From: a virus
Virus record (IMG/VR): IMGVR_UViG_3300035211_000097
Span: 1-64,000 of that record
DNA length: 64,000 bases
Reading direction: 5' to 3' (one strand)
Below the pieces are notes generated by a model. The model searched no databases and was not told the DNA's origin. It was given only the letters and a program-made list of their open reading frames with translations. The first letter of the stretch is position 1; each line of letters opens with the position of its first letter. Below, piece after piece: positions 46,551 through 56,429 of this stretch. The translations under genes and the position numbers were made by a program.

Positions 46551-47333
46551 GTGAATGCTATTGATCTGTGTAATAAATCAGTAAACAAAAAAGCAGTTAA
46601 CATTTACGGTGAGAACTATGAAGCAGTTGTCGGGCAGGTAGAATTTACTCCTGAGCTGGTAATAGATGAATCGAAAGATTATAACTGCGGTGCTTTTTGT
46701 AATGAGCTGGAATATGCCCGACTGGTCGCTACTTCCTACACAGAATCTATATCTATTGACGGAGCAGAGAACGGTGAGCTTGATTTGCTCGTAGACTCTT
46801 TTGTTAAACTGGAAAGGTTGATTTTGTACGAGAATGATGATGATTACCGGAACCGGTTTAAAGCTCTGGTTGTACAGAACAATATACCAGCATGGACAAC
46901 ACGTACTGCTATTATGAACGCTCTGGGCTACTTTTTGCCGATAGAAAATATCTTTATCTGGGAGCCTTTCGATACACATGATTATTATTTTGAAGTACGG
47001 CTGAAGGGCTTGGAAGTTTTTGACGCTGATACTGCTTTTGTGGATCAGAATTATTTTGATAATTGTTTCATAGGCGGTGCCGGGGTTGGTAAAGCTAAAA
47101 TATTTGCTGATGATATTTTACCACGGATCAGAGCTGCTGGTATCCAGCATAATGTTGTGATTGTGGATAATTCATCTGAAACTATTTTCTCAGATGCATT
47201 CTTGTTGTCTACAAGAATACCTATATTGTCTGATGCAAATATTTTATGTATCAGCACAGACACAATCCTGTCAGACGCTGTGGTAATCGCTCTGGGAACA
47301 GATACTATTACATCGGATGCAACGATAACATAA
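46551..47333 (+). CDS. Baseplate wedge protein (gpI-like)
   Basis: LD......R...E.DDDYR.R, RAAGI; C-terminal TI.SDA repeats. Confidence 0.7.
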   Translation: MNAIDLCNKSVNKKAVNIYGENYEAVVGQVEFTPELVIDESKDYNCGAFCNELEYARLVATSYTESISIDGAENGELDLLVDSFVKLERLILYENDDDYRNRFKALVVQNNIPAWTTRTAIMNALGYFLPIENIFIWEPFDTHDYYFEVRLKGLEVFDADTAFVDQNYFDNCFIGGAGVGKAKIFADDILPRIRAAGIQHNVVIVDNSSETIFSDAFLLSTRIPILSDANILCISTDTILSDAVVIALGTDTITSDATIT

Positions 47334-47342
47334 GGATTTTAT

Positions 47343-49166
47343 ATGAAGTTTAACGAGGGAAAAGGGTTATATACATTAAATGTTCTGACAGATGAACAGG
47401 TGACCAAGAAGGACTTGGACGGCTTTGTGGTGTCAAAGTATAAAAATGCCAACTTTCACCTCACAGCGATAGCACAGCGAGGGCTCGTGGCGAATTACAG
47501 GCAGGAGAGGATTACCGGGGTATGCTTCACCGGGGTACATTGTGTACCGTACATATCCGGGCTTACTATTACCATATCTGCCGGGTGTGTAATGAGCTTT
47601 CTGGGTAGATATGTGACAAGCGATTACTGGGGATATTTGAACGCACCCGGTGAGAGCTTTTTCGTTATTCTTACCGACACGACTGCTTCTTTTGCTACTG
47701 CTGATCTTACATCTGACAGATATGATACCGTACAGGTTCGTCCGGTAATCACTTCTTCAATAGCTAAAGAGCGTGACTTTTTAAATCCGTTCGATCTGTC
47801 TATCTCTCCGACAACAATCGACACAAAAAGAAGCGTTACTTTCGAGGTGAGTGTAATTACAGGTACGCCGGGTGCAGGTGTGGCTCCGGCTACAGTAGAG
47901 GGGTATATCAAGATCGCTGAGGTTAAGATACCAGCGAATGCTACCGGTTTGACGGCTACTGAAGTGTTCGGAATACGTGATTGTAACTTGTGGACTACAG
48001 AAGAAAACAGCATGCACTATCTGAATGATTTTCTTTTGAATGAACACTCAAAAAGTTCATATCAGGCCAGATATAATCAACAGAGATTTTTGACTATACC
48101 GAGTGCTTCAGCACCTACAGGTATGGATATTCGTGCAGGTGTTCCACGGAAAAACATAGCATATTCCAAGCAGCTGGGAATTTATTTATTTCCTTATGTC
48201 AGTACAGTTTCTAATCAGGGAATTCTTAAATCACCGAATATGCTGTATTGGAGAACAGATCACACGAATACACCTACTCCGGGGTCTGATACTTACGGCA
48301 CGGTATTCTGGGATGATAGCCTTGAATTATTTATAGCTGCTGGTATTAATGGTACCACAGGATATATACATACTTCTCCGGGAGGGACTATATGGACACA
48401 GAGATTGTCAATTACAGTAGACTCTGGGTCTACTCCGAGCGAGATTATCCGGGTACATAAAGAGGGTGTTGTAGCCTGTGGCTTTGTTGTGAGTGGAGGC
48501 GTTAATCTGTACTCATCTATTAACGGAACTTCGTGGAGTCTGGAAGCCTCTGCAATTGTTAACTCAGACGGACATTGCAGGCTGATAAGTAATGAAAGAA
48601 CAGGGACAGTAATATGCCTTGGCCGAAAAAGCACAGGTGGTGATTATCTGGCCATTTGTTATACCACTATTGATGCATGGCAGAATATATCAAGTAATTT
48701 GCCGTTGTATTCAGTGTTTAGTGGATCGGCTACTTACGTGAGATACTGTGATATTGCTTACAATAAATATCTGGATTTGTATGTGATTGCTGGATATTAT
48801 GATGTAGGTGGTAATGTTTATCCGTGTATGATTTATTCACATGATGGTGAATTCTGGGGAATTTCTAATATGGAGAATTCACCTTCTGCGTTTACTTCAT
48901 TAGAAATGATTGTGGTATCTATTGACGGAGGTTTTGTCTGTTATTCTATATCCAATTTAACTGTCATGGGCGGTATTTGGAAATCAGCTACAGGTATTGA
49001 CTGGGAAAATGTGGACGATGAAATGACCACAAGGCTGGAAGGAATAAAAGACTCTACATATACTTTTGGAGTTGATGATATTTTAATCTGTGAATGCAAT
49101 CACAATGAAGTAACCGGGGTGTTTATGATTGACTCTGGTACAATGCAGGAAGCATGGTTTATATAG
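47343..49166 (+). CDS. Tail fibre/receptor-binding protein 1 (baseplate anchor + beta-propeller)
   Basis: RYD.V.VRP...GTPG...AP...G.IKIAEV; S.(D/N)G..W Asp-box repeats. Confidence 0.7.
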   Translation: MKFNEGKGLYTLNVLTDEQVTKKDLDGFVVSKYKNANFHLTAIAQRGLVANYRQERITGVCFTGVHCVPYISGLTITISAGCVMSFLGRYVTSDYWGYLNAPGESFFVILTDTTASFATADLTSDRYDTVQVRPVITSSIAKERDFLNPFDLSISPTTIDTKRSVTFEVSVITGTPGAGVAPATVEGYIKIAEVKIPANATGLTATEVFGIRDCNLWTTEENSMHYLNDFLLNEHSKSSYQARYNQQRFLTIPSASAPTGMDIRAGVPRKNIAYSKQLGIYLFPYVSTVSNQGILKSPNMLYWRTDHTNTPTPGSDTYGTVFWDDSLELFIAAGINGTTGYIHTSPGGTIWTQRLSITVDSGSTPSEIIRVHKEGVVACGFVVSGGVNLYSSINGTSWSLEASAIVNSDGHCRLISNERTGTVICLGRKSTGGDYLAICYTTIDAWQNISSNLPLYSVFSGSATYVRYCDIAYNKYLDLYVIAGYYDVGGNVYPCMIYSHDGEFWGISNMENSPSAFTSLEMIVVSIDGGFVCYSISNLTVMGGIWKSATGIDWENVDDEMTTRLEGIKDSTYTFGVDDILICECNHNEVTGVFMIDSGTMQEAWFI

Positions 49167-49175
49167 AGGTGGTGT

Positions 49176-51008
49176 ATGAGATTAAATGACGGCAGAGGTT
49201 TGATGAGTCACAGATACAATACTGATGAAATTGTGTCTGTAGAAGATTTTAAAAACATGTCGATAGTGGAACAGAGAAACCTGACTAATTTTTTGGCATT
49301 GTATGTCATGAACACTTTTTCTACTGAAGAGCTTATAACCAATGATCTTTTTAATGTTTGTCTGGGAGGTGTTACTATACAGCAGACAGACTGGGATAAT
49401 AGTTTAGGAATGACTATAAATATATTACCGGGTGTCATTTTGTCTTTTAATGGGTATTTGAACAGTGCAGACTGGTCGTTGGTTCCCGGAGATGGTGAAG
49501 TGACTGCTGTATGTGTACCTGATGATATGGAACTTGTATGTTCTCCCATGGCTCTGAATTACAGGGGTAATGTAGAAATACGATGTATCAGGGATACGCT
49601 TGAAGAGAGTAATCGCAAATTTAGAAATCCTTCCACTCTGGCTGTTACTGAGTCTGATATAGATACTCGTGCACATTTCACGATACAAGCACAGTTTGTG
49701 GCTGGTACTTCTATTACAGCCCCAGCGGTAACAGCAGGATGGATAAAAATTGCAGAGGTAGAAACTAATTCCGGTGATCAGGCCGTTATGTCTCTGTATG
49801 AAATAGATCAATGGACAAGTGGAGCAGACACCGTTAAGCATATAAACTCAGTGGAGCGTAATGCTTTAACTGAACATCTTCCTATGTTCAAGGCCGGGGT
49901 ACAAGGCGCAGAGTCTACACAGTTTGTGCATGCTACTTATGATAGAGTACAGGGAAAAGCGTTGTGGTCGGCTGAAAAAGACAGTTACTATTTAGCCTCA
50001 GAATTGGACGGAACTTCATCTTATTGGAGCTTTGGATATTCTCAGAATGGCAAGGACTGGACTTTTAACGATATTTCAGGTGATCTTGCTACTGTATATG
50101 ACTTGGCCTACAGTCCTGTCTTAGACAGATTTGTTGTTGCTGGTTTGAATGCTTCTGGGGGTATTGTCTTCTTTTATTCAGATGTAGGTAGTGTGACTAC
50201 TTTTACTTTTGTAGCTACAGCATATACTTCCAATGCGCACATAAAAAATATTATATGGAGTGAAAAATTACAGCAATTTGTAGCGGTCGGGGGTGAAACA
50301 ACTATTGGCACTTCTTTCTGTTTTATATCGTCTGACGGAATTTCATGGTCAGTAAATAATATATCTGCAATACAAAGATATGTGTCACAGATTACATATT
50401 CAGAAGCGTTTGGTTATTTTTGTGTTTTAGTTGGACACACGTCTAATGTTTACAGTTATACTTCTGAGGACTGTGTGACATGGACAGTAGGAACTAAAAT
50501 AAATGCGACGACAGCGACAGCGCATGATATAGATGATCCAAACGGCATTATACTGATGTATAATGAGTCACTGAATTTATGGGTTGCTGTTCTTAAAAGC
50601 AATGTTACTGTAGATTATCTTGAGTCCAGTTATTCCCGTGATGGAGTAAATTGGAGCGGTGGTGTTTATGTCTGTCCTTTCGGAGCAATTGGTGATTATT
50701 ATGAAAGCGGTGCCTTGCATATACACGGATCAGAGTCTTTAGACTCCATAGGTGTCTTCATGATTGCCGGGTGGGAGGGAATTTCCTATTACACTAAAGA
50801 CGGTGTGTCGTGGTATTCTTTAAGATCATCGATAATGAAATCAAGGTCATTAGATGGTCGTATAGGTTATGTCGCTGGGGCAGGGCAGGACAACAGGATA
50901 TATTCTCTGGTATGGAATTCATTACGTGCTGAGTTATTGGTTGTGAAAAAGCAGTCATTTTTTAATGGCGGTACTCCAAGCCCTCAGGTTATCGTGGAGG
51001 TTTGTTAA
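49176..51008 (+). CDS. Tail fibre/receptor-binding protein 2
   Basis: Paralogous anchor (AP...GWIKIAEV); SQNGKDW, SSDGISW, SRDGVNW. Confidence 0.7.
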   Translation: MRLNDGRGLMSHRYNTDEIVSVEDFKNMSIVEQRNLTNFLALYVMNTFSTEELITNDLFNVCLGGVTIQQTDWDNSLGMTINILPGVILSFNGYLNSADWSLVPGDGEVTAVCVPDDMELVCSPMALNYRGNVEIRCIRDTLEESNRKFRNPSTLAVTESDIDTRAHFTIQAQFVAGTSITAPAVTAGWIKIAEVETNSGDQAVMSLYEIDQWTSGADTVKHINSVERNALTEHLPMFKAGVQGAESTQFVHATYDRVQGKALWSAEKDSYYLASELDGTSSYWSFGYSQNGKDWTFNDISGDLATVYDLAYSPVLDRFVVAGLNASGGIVFFYSDVGSVTTFTFVATAYTSNAHIKNIIWSEKLQQFVAVGGETTIGTSFCFISSDGISWSVNNISAIQRYVSQITYSEAFGYFCVLVGHTSNVYSYTSEDCVTWTVGTKINATTATAHDIDDPNGIILMYNESLNLWVAVLKSNVTVDYLESSYSRDGVNWSGGVYVCPFGAIGDYYESGALHIHGSESLDSIGVFMIAGWEGISYYTKDGVSWYSLRSSIMKSRSLDGRIGYVAGAGQDNRIYSLVWNSLRAELLVVKKQSFFNGGTPSPQVIVEVC

Positions 51009-51010
51009 TT

Positions 51011-52921
51011 ATGGTTTTCGCAGACAGTGGGAAAATAAGTTCACCATTATGGTACATCAATGAAAAATTTATGTCTGAAGACATAGCGCAAATGACTCTG
51101 TTTGAATACGTAAATATGTGTAATATCCTGTCAGTGGCTTCTTTGGGATGCTATGGAGCTATTCGTCCCAAAGATGCAGAGCTTCCGGCAATATGCATGG
51201 GCGGTCTTGGTATAGAACACTATACCAGTATGACCCTTGTAGTACACACGGGATCAGTGGTCAGTTTTACCGGGTCATATGTTTATAACGAATTGTGGCA
51301 ATGGCATGCTGGGGCCGGGGAATCTTTTTTTGCCAGTGTAGCTAAAGCAGAAAGCCTTACCATTTCGGACGGAGATGCCAGTGATCGTATTGATATTATA
51401 GAAATACGTCCTGTAATGACTCCGTTTAAAGTCGATGCTCGTGATTATTACGGAGGAAGCACTGTTTATGATAATGTACTCACAGAGTTTGGTGTGGAAA
51501 TACAGGTAGTTGAAGGTACGCCGGGTACAGGAGCAGCCCCGTCCTCTACTGCTGGCTGGATAAAAATTGCTGAGGTGTACGTTCCTGCTTCAGCAACCAG
51601 TATTACATCTGATGAGGTATTGGGAATAGGTGACTCTGATTTATGGACAACAGACACCAGACGAGTCAGGAACTTTACTAATATATTACAGAAAGACTCA
51701 GCACAAATATTAAACAAAAAAAATATTCGTGGAAAGTTAAATTCTTTGATGATTAATCAGACCGATGATGATTGTACTGTGAATACGTCAATATTTTATT
51801 TATCGGGAACCGGAGTACAGAATGGTCCTATTGAAGTAGTGGAGCGTGGAGAGGGTGATGACGGGTATGCTAATCAGCATTATGCACAAGCTATACTTAA
51901 TGATTCTGTTTTACCCTCTACTGCTTATAAAGAAGTTGCTTTTTATTCGTTCTGGTTTTACCCTAACAGCAATAGATATCAATGGGCTACTGCCACCCTT
52001 ATTGTCACATACACAGGATCAACACGAATACCGAATACAAGGTATACATACTTTCTGTCTAATCGTGATAATTTAACATCCGCAGTGGATCGACTGAGAG
52101 GGTCTACGAGTGGAGACAGGACAATAGTGGTCGTTCACACGTTTACAAATGCAGGCGGTCTGTTTGACATTTTGTATGATGATGTTCATGACAGGTTGGT
52201 TACAGTGGGTGGTTACTCATCTACCAAACATGCTATCGTGTCTGCTGTTTGTTATGATACCGTAAACCTCACTGGTTTTACTTCTCAGGAACAGGCATAC
52301 CCAAACATTCCTTATGATCAGTTTACTATTTTAAAAGGGGTTACTTTGTGTAGAGTAGACAACAAATTATGGGCGTGTGCTTCGTGTGATACTTCTCCGA
52401 CACGAGCTTTAATTTTTTCATCTCCTGACGGCCTTAACTGGACTTTTGAAAGCGAGATTTATCACACTACTATTAATATAGAGCCTCACAAAATCCTGTG
52501 GAGTATACAGTTTGAAAAGTTCTTTTTAACTGTTTCAGATGACAGCTCGAAAACACTTAAGATATACACATCTCCTGACGGTGTGGCATGGACATTATCA
52601 TATCAAGGAATTTCTGATACCAATGATTATACCCCGAACAGAATGAAAGAAATTACCGAGCTTGGCGGTGTGTTTATATTGGCCCCGTCTGCTGATTATG
52701 GTATGGCATTTATATTTACTCTGGACGGTGTCGAATGGCACAGAGTTGATGATATTATAAAAGTTCCGAATGATACTGTGTCCGCAAGCACTGTTTCTTT
52801 AATATCAAATGATTATCCGCAGTACAATGATTTTGCATATATTCCTCTGCGCCATGGTTTTTTCATAGGGGGACAGATGGAAGGGTCTACCCGTACTTTT
52901 GCGGTGGCAATGGGAGGATAA
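51011..52921 (+). CDS. Tail fibre/receptor-binding protein 3
   Basis: RIDIIEIRP...GTPG..AP...GWIKIAEV; SPDGLNW, SPDGVAW, TLDGVEW. Confidence 0.7.
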   Translation: MVFADSGKISSPLWYINEKFMSEDIAQMTLFEYVNMCNILSVASLGCYGAIRPKDAELPAICMGGLGIEHYTSMTLVVHTGSVVSFTGSYVYNELWQWHAGAGESFFASVAKAESLTISDGDASDRIDIIEIRPVMTPFKVDARDYYGGSTVYDNVLTEFGVEIQVVEGTPGTGAAPSSTAGWIKIAEVYVPASATSITSDEVLGIGDSDLWTTDTRRVRNFTNILQKDSAQILNKKNIRGKLNSLMINQTDDDCTVNTSIFYLSGTGVQNGPIEVVERGEGDDGYANQHYAQAILNDSVLPSTAYKEVAFYSFWFYPNSNRYQWATATLIVTYTGSTRIPNTRYTYFLSNRDNLTSAVDRLRGSTSGDRTIVVVHTFTNAGGLFDILYDDVHDRLVTVGGYSSTKHAIVSAVCYDTVNLTGFTSQEQAYPNIPYDQFTILKGVTLCRVDNKLWACASCDTSPTRALIFSSPDGLNWTFESEIYHTTINIEPHKILWSIQFEKFFLTVSDDSSKTLKIYTSPDGVAWTLSYQGISDTNDYTPNRMKEITELGGVFILAPSADYGMAFIFTLDGVEWHRVDDIIKVPNDTVSASTVSLISNDYPQYNDFAYIPLRHGFFIGGQMEGSTRTFAVAMGG

Positions 52922-52922
52922 A

Positions 52923-53306
52923 TTGACTAAGAAAGAAAAAGTACAGAGAGGGATTAAATGGATTGTTGCTATAATTATTATAGTAACTGTCGGGATTTTT
53001 GCGATAGTTGCTGGTATAAACATCGGAGGGCTTATTAATAAACTTCTGGATCGTAAGAAAGAAAAAAAGGCTTTCCTGTCTGTAGACGGAAAAGTTATTG
53101 GTTCTCCGGTGAAAATAATCGGTAGGAAAAATCCATTCAGGGACAAGTCACTGTTAAAAACATCAGACGGTGAATTCATAAAACTTCCCTCAGGAATGGA
53201 AGATACTGATGTGGAAAACCTGATAAAAGTTAAAATAGAAATGAAGGATGGTGAGTATGCGGTCACTAAAAAGCACGATACTGTTACTGATATTTTTGAT
53301 AAGTAG
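52923..53306 (+). CDS. N-terminal TM protein, possible spanin-like lysis factor
   Basis: GGAGG + TTG; single TM; end of late operon. Confidence 0.45.
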   Translation: MTKKEKVQRGIKWIVAIIIIVTVGIFAIVAGINIGGLINKLLDRKKEKKAFLSVDGKVIGSPVKIIGRKNPFRDKSLLKTSDGEFIKLPSGMEDTDVENLIKVKIEMKDGEYAVTKKHDTVTDIFDK

Positions 53307-53733
53307 TCATGTAGTTTTTTCGGACGATCTTGAATATCCTACAGATGTCGAGGTTATGAAAATGATAGAGGAACATCCGGATTTGGTCGTTCCTATCGTT
53401 CAAAAGTGCTGGGTTCTGGAACATGCCACGCCGATTTTAATACTTCCAGATTTAATTTTTCTGGAAGTCAATGAAAACTTTAGTCAAGTTAATGGTAACT
53501 TTAGTCAAGGTAACACTAACTTTACTATAGTTATGTTTGAGGATAAACCGGCAACTTTAAAAATAGGAACTGAAGAGTTTAATTTGTTTTATGATATAGA
53601 TTTAGATGTAGCTAAGGTTGTCTATACACAGCCTGAAGAAAGTTCTGATGGCATACCGATCTGGGCGGTAGTGGTAATTGGTGCCGGTTGTTTTGGTGTA
53701 GGTTTTTTCGTGGGGTACTTAGTATTCCACTGA
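53257..53733 (+). CDS. Signal peptide + C-terminal TM protein, possible lysis accessory
   Basis: Overlaps the previous gene by 50 nt; MRSLKSTILLLIFLISS; IWAVVVIGAGCFGVGFFVGYLVF. Confidence 0.5.
   Translation: MRSLKSTILLLIFLISSHVVFSDDLEYPTDVEVMKMIEEHPDLVVPIVQKCWVLEHATPILILPDLIFLEVNENFSQVNGNFSQGNTNFTIVMFEDKPATLKIGTEEFNLFYDIDLDVAKVVYTQPEESSDGIPIWAVVVIGAGCFGVGFFVGYLVFH
53476..53532. repeat. Three 15-bp palindromic operator-like sites at 21-bp period
   Basis: AACTTTAGTCAAGTT, AACTTTAGTCAAGGT, AACTTTACTATAGTT. Confidence 0.65.
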
Positions 53734-53757
53734 GAAATTATAGTCTCTTTTATCCCT

Positions 53758-53798
53758 GCCGTGAGTGATGATCTGCCGTTACTCACGGCTCTTTTTTT
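53758..53798 (+). terminator. Terminator ending the structural region
   Basis: GCCGTGAGTGATG/CGTTACTCACGGC plus T7. Confidence 0.8.
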
Positions 53799-53803
53799 GA
53801 TGC

Positions 53804-53853
53804 TTGACAAAGATAAATAACTGTAGTAAAGTTACTATAACATTAGTAAAATT
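53804..53853 (+). promoter_or_regulatory. Sigma70-type promoter overlapped by two operator-like palindromes
   Basis: TTGACA-17-TAAAGT; AACTGTAGTAAAGTT at 53819 and AACATTAGTAAAATT at 53839. Confidence 0.7.
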
Positions 53854-53865
53854 AAAGGAAGGGAT

Positions 53866-54441
53866 ATGTTTGAAGAGATTTTAGGCAGAGAAAAAACACA
53901 AGCATTTATAGGATATTACGGTAGAAAAATATCAAAATGCTTCCCCGTTCTCTACACGTATGAAGACGGGAAACAAGAACTGACATTAGGATTATTGTCA
54001 GAGTTTGATCGTGGAGCCTTTAAAGGGCTGAGTGAATTACACATCCAGAATAAAGTACTTTCTGTGATTAAGTGGAAATTCATAGATTTGATCAGGTCTT
54101 CCAGAAAAGCTGGTATTCAGAAATATTTAAACGAAAACACTGAAACGATCGATGAGTTTCGGACAAGTTGTGATTATGATCGAAAGGTTTATCAGTATAC
54201 GGATGATTATGGAGTGACCAGATATCTTAGACGTAGCCAGCTGGATACTGCTTACGTAGAAGTGGCTGGCCGGTTTTTAAATTCCGAGTTGGCTTCTTTG
54301 AAAAATGCCGGTAAAATTTTGACGATGATTGCTGAAGGTTATCAACACTCTGAGATCGCAGATGAGCTTGGAGTGACAGCAATGTATGTCAGAAAACTGA
54401 GAAATGATCACGTAGTGCCAGCACTGCAAATGGAGTTATAA
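53866..54441 (+). CDS. Phage sigma70/ECF-like RNA polymerase sigma factor
   Basis: QE..LGLL and W.FIDLIR (region 2); EGY..SEIADELGVT..YV (region 4 HTH). Confidence 0.7.
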   Translation: MFEEILGREKTQAFIGYYGRKISKCFPVLYTYEDGKQELTLGLLSEFDRGAFKGLSELHIQNKVLSVIKWKFIDLIRSSRKAGIQKYLNENTETIDEFRTSCDYDRKVYQYTDDYGVTRYLRRSQLDTAYVEVAGRFLNSELASLKNAGKILTMIAEGYQHSEIADELGVTAMYVRKLRNDHVVPALQMEL

Positions 54442-54442
54442 G

Positions 54443-54727
54443 ATGGCTGTAAGCTATGAGGAAAAGAAAAAATTTATTCTTGAATGTTATAATGAAAAAC
54501 ACATGACCCGGCCTGAGATTTGCGATGCCTTATCCGAACGTTTTGGGCTGAAGATAGGCACGGCATATCAGGCAGTATACCGGGTGCTTCATGGTGAAGA
54601 GTTTCAGGTTCCTGCTGGAAAACGTAGAGCAAGGGGTTCTGTTCCGGTAGATAAGCGGACATGGAACAATCGATACAGCAACAGGTCAAGTATTGATGAT
54701 GATGTGGACTTATCAGCTCTGTCATAG
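54443..54727 (+). CDS. Small HTH-like DNA-binding protein
   Basis: MTRPEIC..L.ERFGL..GTAY..V.R. Confidence 0.55.
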   Translation: MAVSYEEKKKFILECYNEKHMTRPEICDALSERFGLKIGTAYQAVYRVLHGEEFQVPAGKRRARGSVPVDKRTWNNRYSNRSSIDDDVDLSALS

Positions 54728-54738
54728 AATAAATTTAC

Positions 54739-54766
54739 TTGACAGGGACTGATACACCATGATAAT
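54739..54766 (+). promoter_or_regulatory. Sigma70-type promoter of replication operon
   Basis: TTGACA-16-GATAAT. Confidence 0.55.
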
Positions 54767-54790
54767 TTATTCGAGCGTCTAAAAATAATT

Positions 54791-55618
54791 GTGGGGAAAA
54801 TATTGGGAAAATACGATTATACAACAGCGGTGTTGCTTGTCATGTGCCAACATGGATATGCTACACCATCAACGATGACTGTCTGGGCGTACTTGCAGCT
54901 GCTTGAAGGCAGTCACATAAAAATTGAAGATTTTAAATTACACACAGGGCTATCCAAGAAAGCTGTTAATGCAGCTTTGAAGGTTTTGATTGGTATTTCT
55001 GTGGTTAGTCGAGAGCGTGAGAGTGTGACCACGCCGTATGCTTATCGCCTACATCCGCTGAAAGCACCGAAAACCCTGAAGGTTCCTCAGGAGTCGGCAC
55101 CGTTCTACTACTATACTAACATATTAGAATTTAACGATATTAATATATTAATACCTTGTAATGTTATTAATATTAATAACTTACACAGTATAGGTAGTAA
55201 GGGGGTTCCTCAGGAGTCTACAGGTAAACCACGAAGGGTAACTGTGAAAAGTATTCTTGCTGATTCTGACTGGAAAACTATTACTGATCTACTCAGTGAA
55301 TACTTTCCGAAACATAGTATACGGCCTACTGATTTGGTATACAGGAACCGCTGGAACAGACTGTGTATTTTGCTTTATGATGATAGTTTTAATTTACATA
55401 CCTATGCCGAATGGTATCGGCAGGAAAAGTTTGATAGGTTGGGTCTACAGTGGGGATTATTTGTAAGTAAATCTATGTGTGAAGAGTTCATAGATGCGGA
55501 AGACAGGTTTATTTCTAAGAAAAAACGTATCAGTAGTAAAATGCATACTACGAAAAAATGGGAGGGCAAAGAGGCTGACATTTCGTGGTTGGAAAAATTG
55601 GAGGATGTTGATGATTGA
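54791..55618 (+). CDS. Putative replication initiator (N-terminal wHTH, lambda O-like layout)
   Basis: TGLS..AV..AL..L...VV.R; AT-rich linker; directly upstream of DnaC-like loader. Confidence 0.65.
   Translation: MGKILGKYDYTTAVLLVMCQHGYATPSTMTVWAYLQLLEGSHIKIEDFKLHTGLSKKAVNAALKVLIGISVVSRERESVTTPYAYRLHPLKAPKTLKVPQESAPFYYYTNILEFNDINILIPCNVININNLHSIGSKGVPQESTGKPRRVTVKSILADSDWKTITDLLSEYFPKHSIRPTDLVYRNRWNRLCILLYDDSFNLHTYAEWYRQEKFDRLGLQWGLFVSKSMCEEFIDAEDRFISKKKRISSKMHTTKKWEGKEADISWLEKLEDVDD
55081..55218. other. Candidate replication origin inside the initiator gene
   Basis: 15-bp direct repeat GGTTCCTCAGGAGTC flanking an AT-rich core with 16-bp and 18-bp perfect palindromes. Confidence 0.55.
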
Positions 55619-56429
55619 GTTGAACGGTCGGCAAATGCGCAGACTGGAAACTATTAAAAAAACACTGGTAGGGTCTTGTGAAAACTGTGGGGGTAACGGT
55701 TATCGGGAAGATGGTTCCATGTGTGATTGCATGATTATTTTTCAGTATATTTTAAATCTTGTGAAAGCTAATATTCCAGAAAATTACTGGGAGTTGTCAT
55801 TAAAAACTTTGAAAGTTAAAGATGCTTATAAAAAGTTTGTCAGGTTTTTCATTAACAAACTGGACAATGCAGTATATCGAAGTTTGGGTGTTATTTTTCT
55901 GGGGCCGAATGGTGTAGGTAAAACCAGTATACTTTGTGAAATTGGAAAACGAGCTGTCGTGAGTGGTTATCAAGGGCAGGTGCTTTATCTGACAGTGCAG
56001 CAGTTCATGAATGCTCATTACGATAAACAGGAAAGTCGGGAAAATGAGCATTGTTCTCTGGACATGATTAACAATTCGACAATTTTGCTTTTGGATGAGC
56101 TGGACAAAGTTTATATCAAAAAAGAATCGGATTATGTTTTACGTACTTTGGAAGATTTTTTTAGAGAGTCTGTTGCCAGAGGCAGAGTCCTTGTCATGGC
56201 AACTAATTGGACACTTGAGGATATCGGGGACAATTTTGGGGAATCGTTTGTGTCCTTGATAAATCGTAACTTACGTGTTATGGAATTTTTAGGGAGTGAT
56301 TACAGTATTCAGCGACAAAGTCAGTGGCTTCAGTTGCTGGAAAACGATGTTGATTTTTATGCAGATGATATTGTGAATATGGCTAATCGTTTGAATGACT
56401 TTAAGGATATTGAGGCAGTCAATGAGTAA
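55611..56429 (+). CDS. DnaC/IstB-like helicase loader
   Basis: C..C.G.G...CDC, GPNGVGKT, LLLDELD, ATN; GGAGG RBS. Confidence 0.85.
   Translation: MIELNGRQMRRLETIKKTLVGSCENCGGNGYREDGSMCDCMIIFQYILNLVKANIPENYWELSLKTLKVKDAYKKFVRFFINKLDNAVYRSLGVIFLGPNGVGKTSILCEIGKRAVVSGYQGQVLYLTVQQFMNAHYDKQESRENEHCSLDMINNSTILLLDELDKVYIKKESDYVLRTLEDFFRESVARGRVLVMATNWTLEDIGDNFGESFVSLINRNLRVMEFLGSDYSIQRQSQWLQLLENDVDFYADDIVNMANRLNDFKDIEAVNE

Noticed and set aside
47343-52921. Diversity-generating retroelement acting on tail fibres
   Set aside because: No reverse transcriptase and no template/variable repeat pair seen in the window
53476-53532. CRISPR mini-array
   Set aside because: Units are 15 bp with 6-nt gaps, lie inside a CDS and no cas genes are present; better explained as operators
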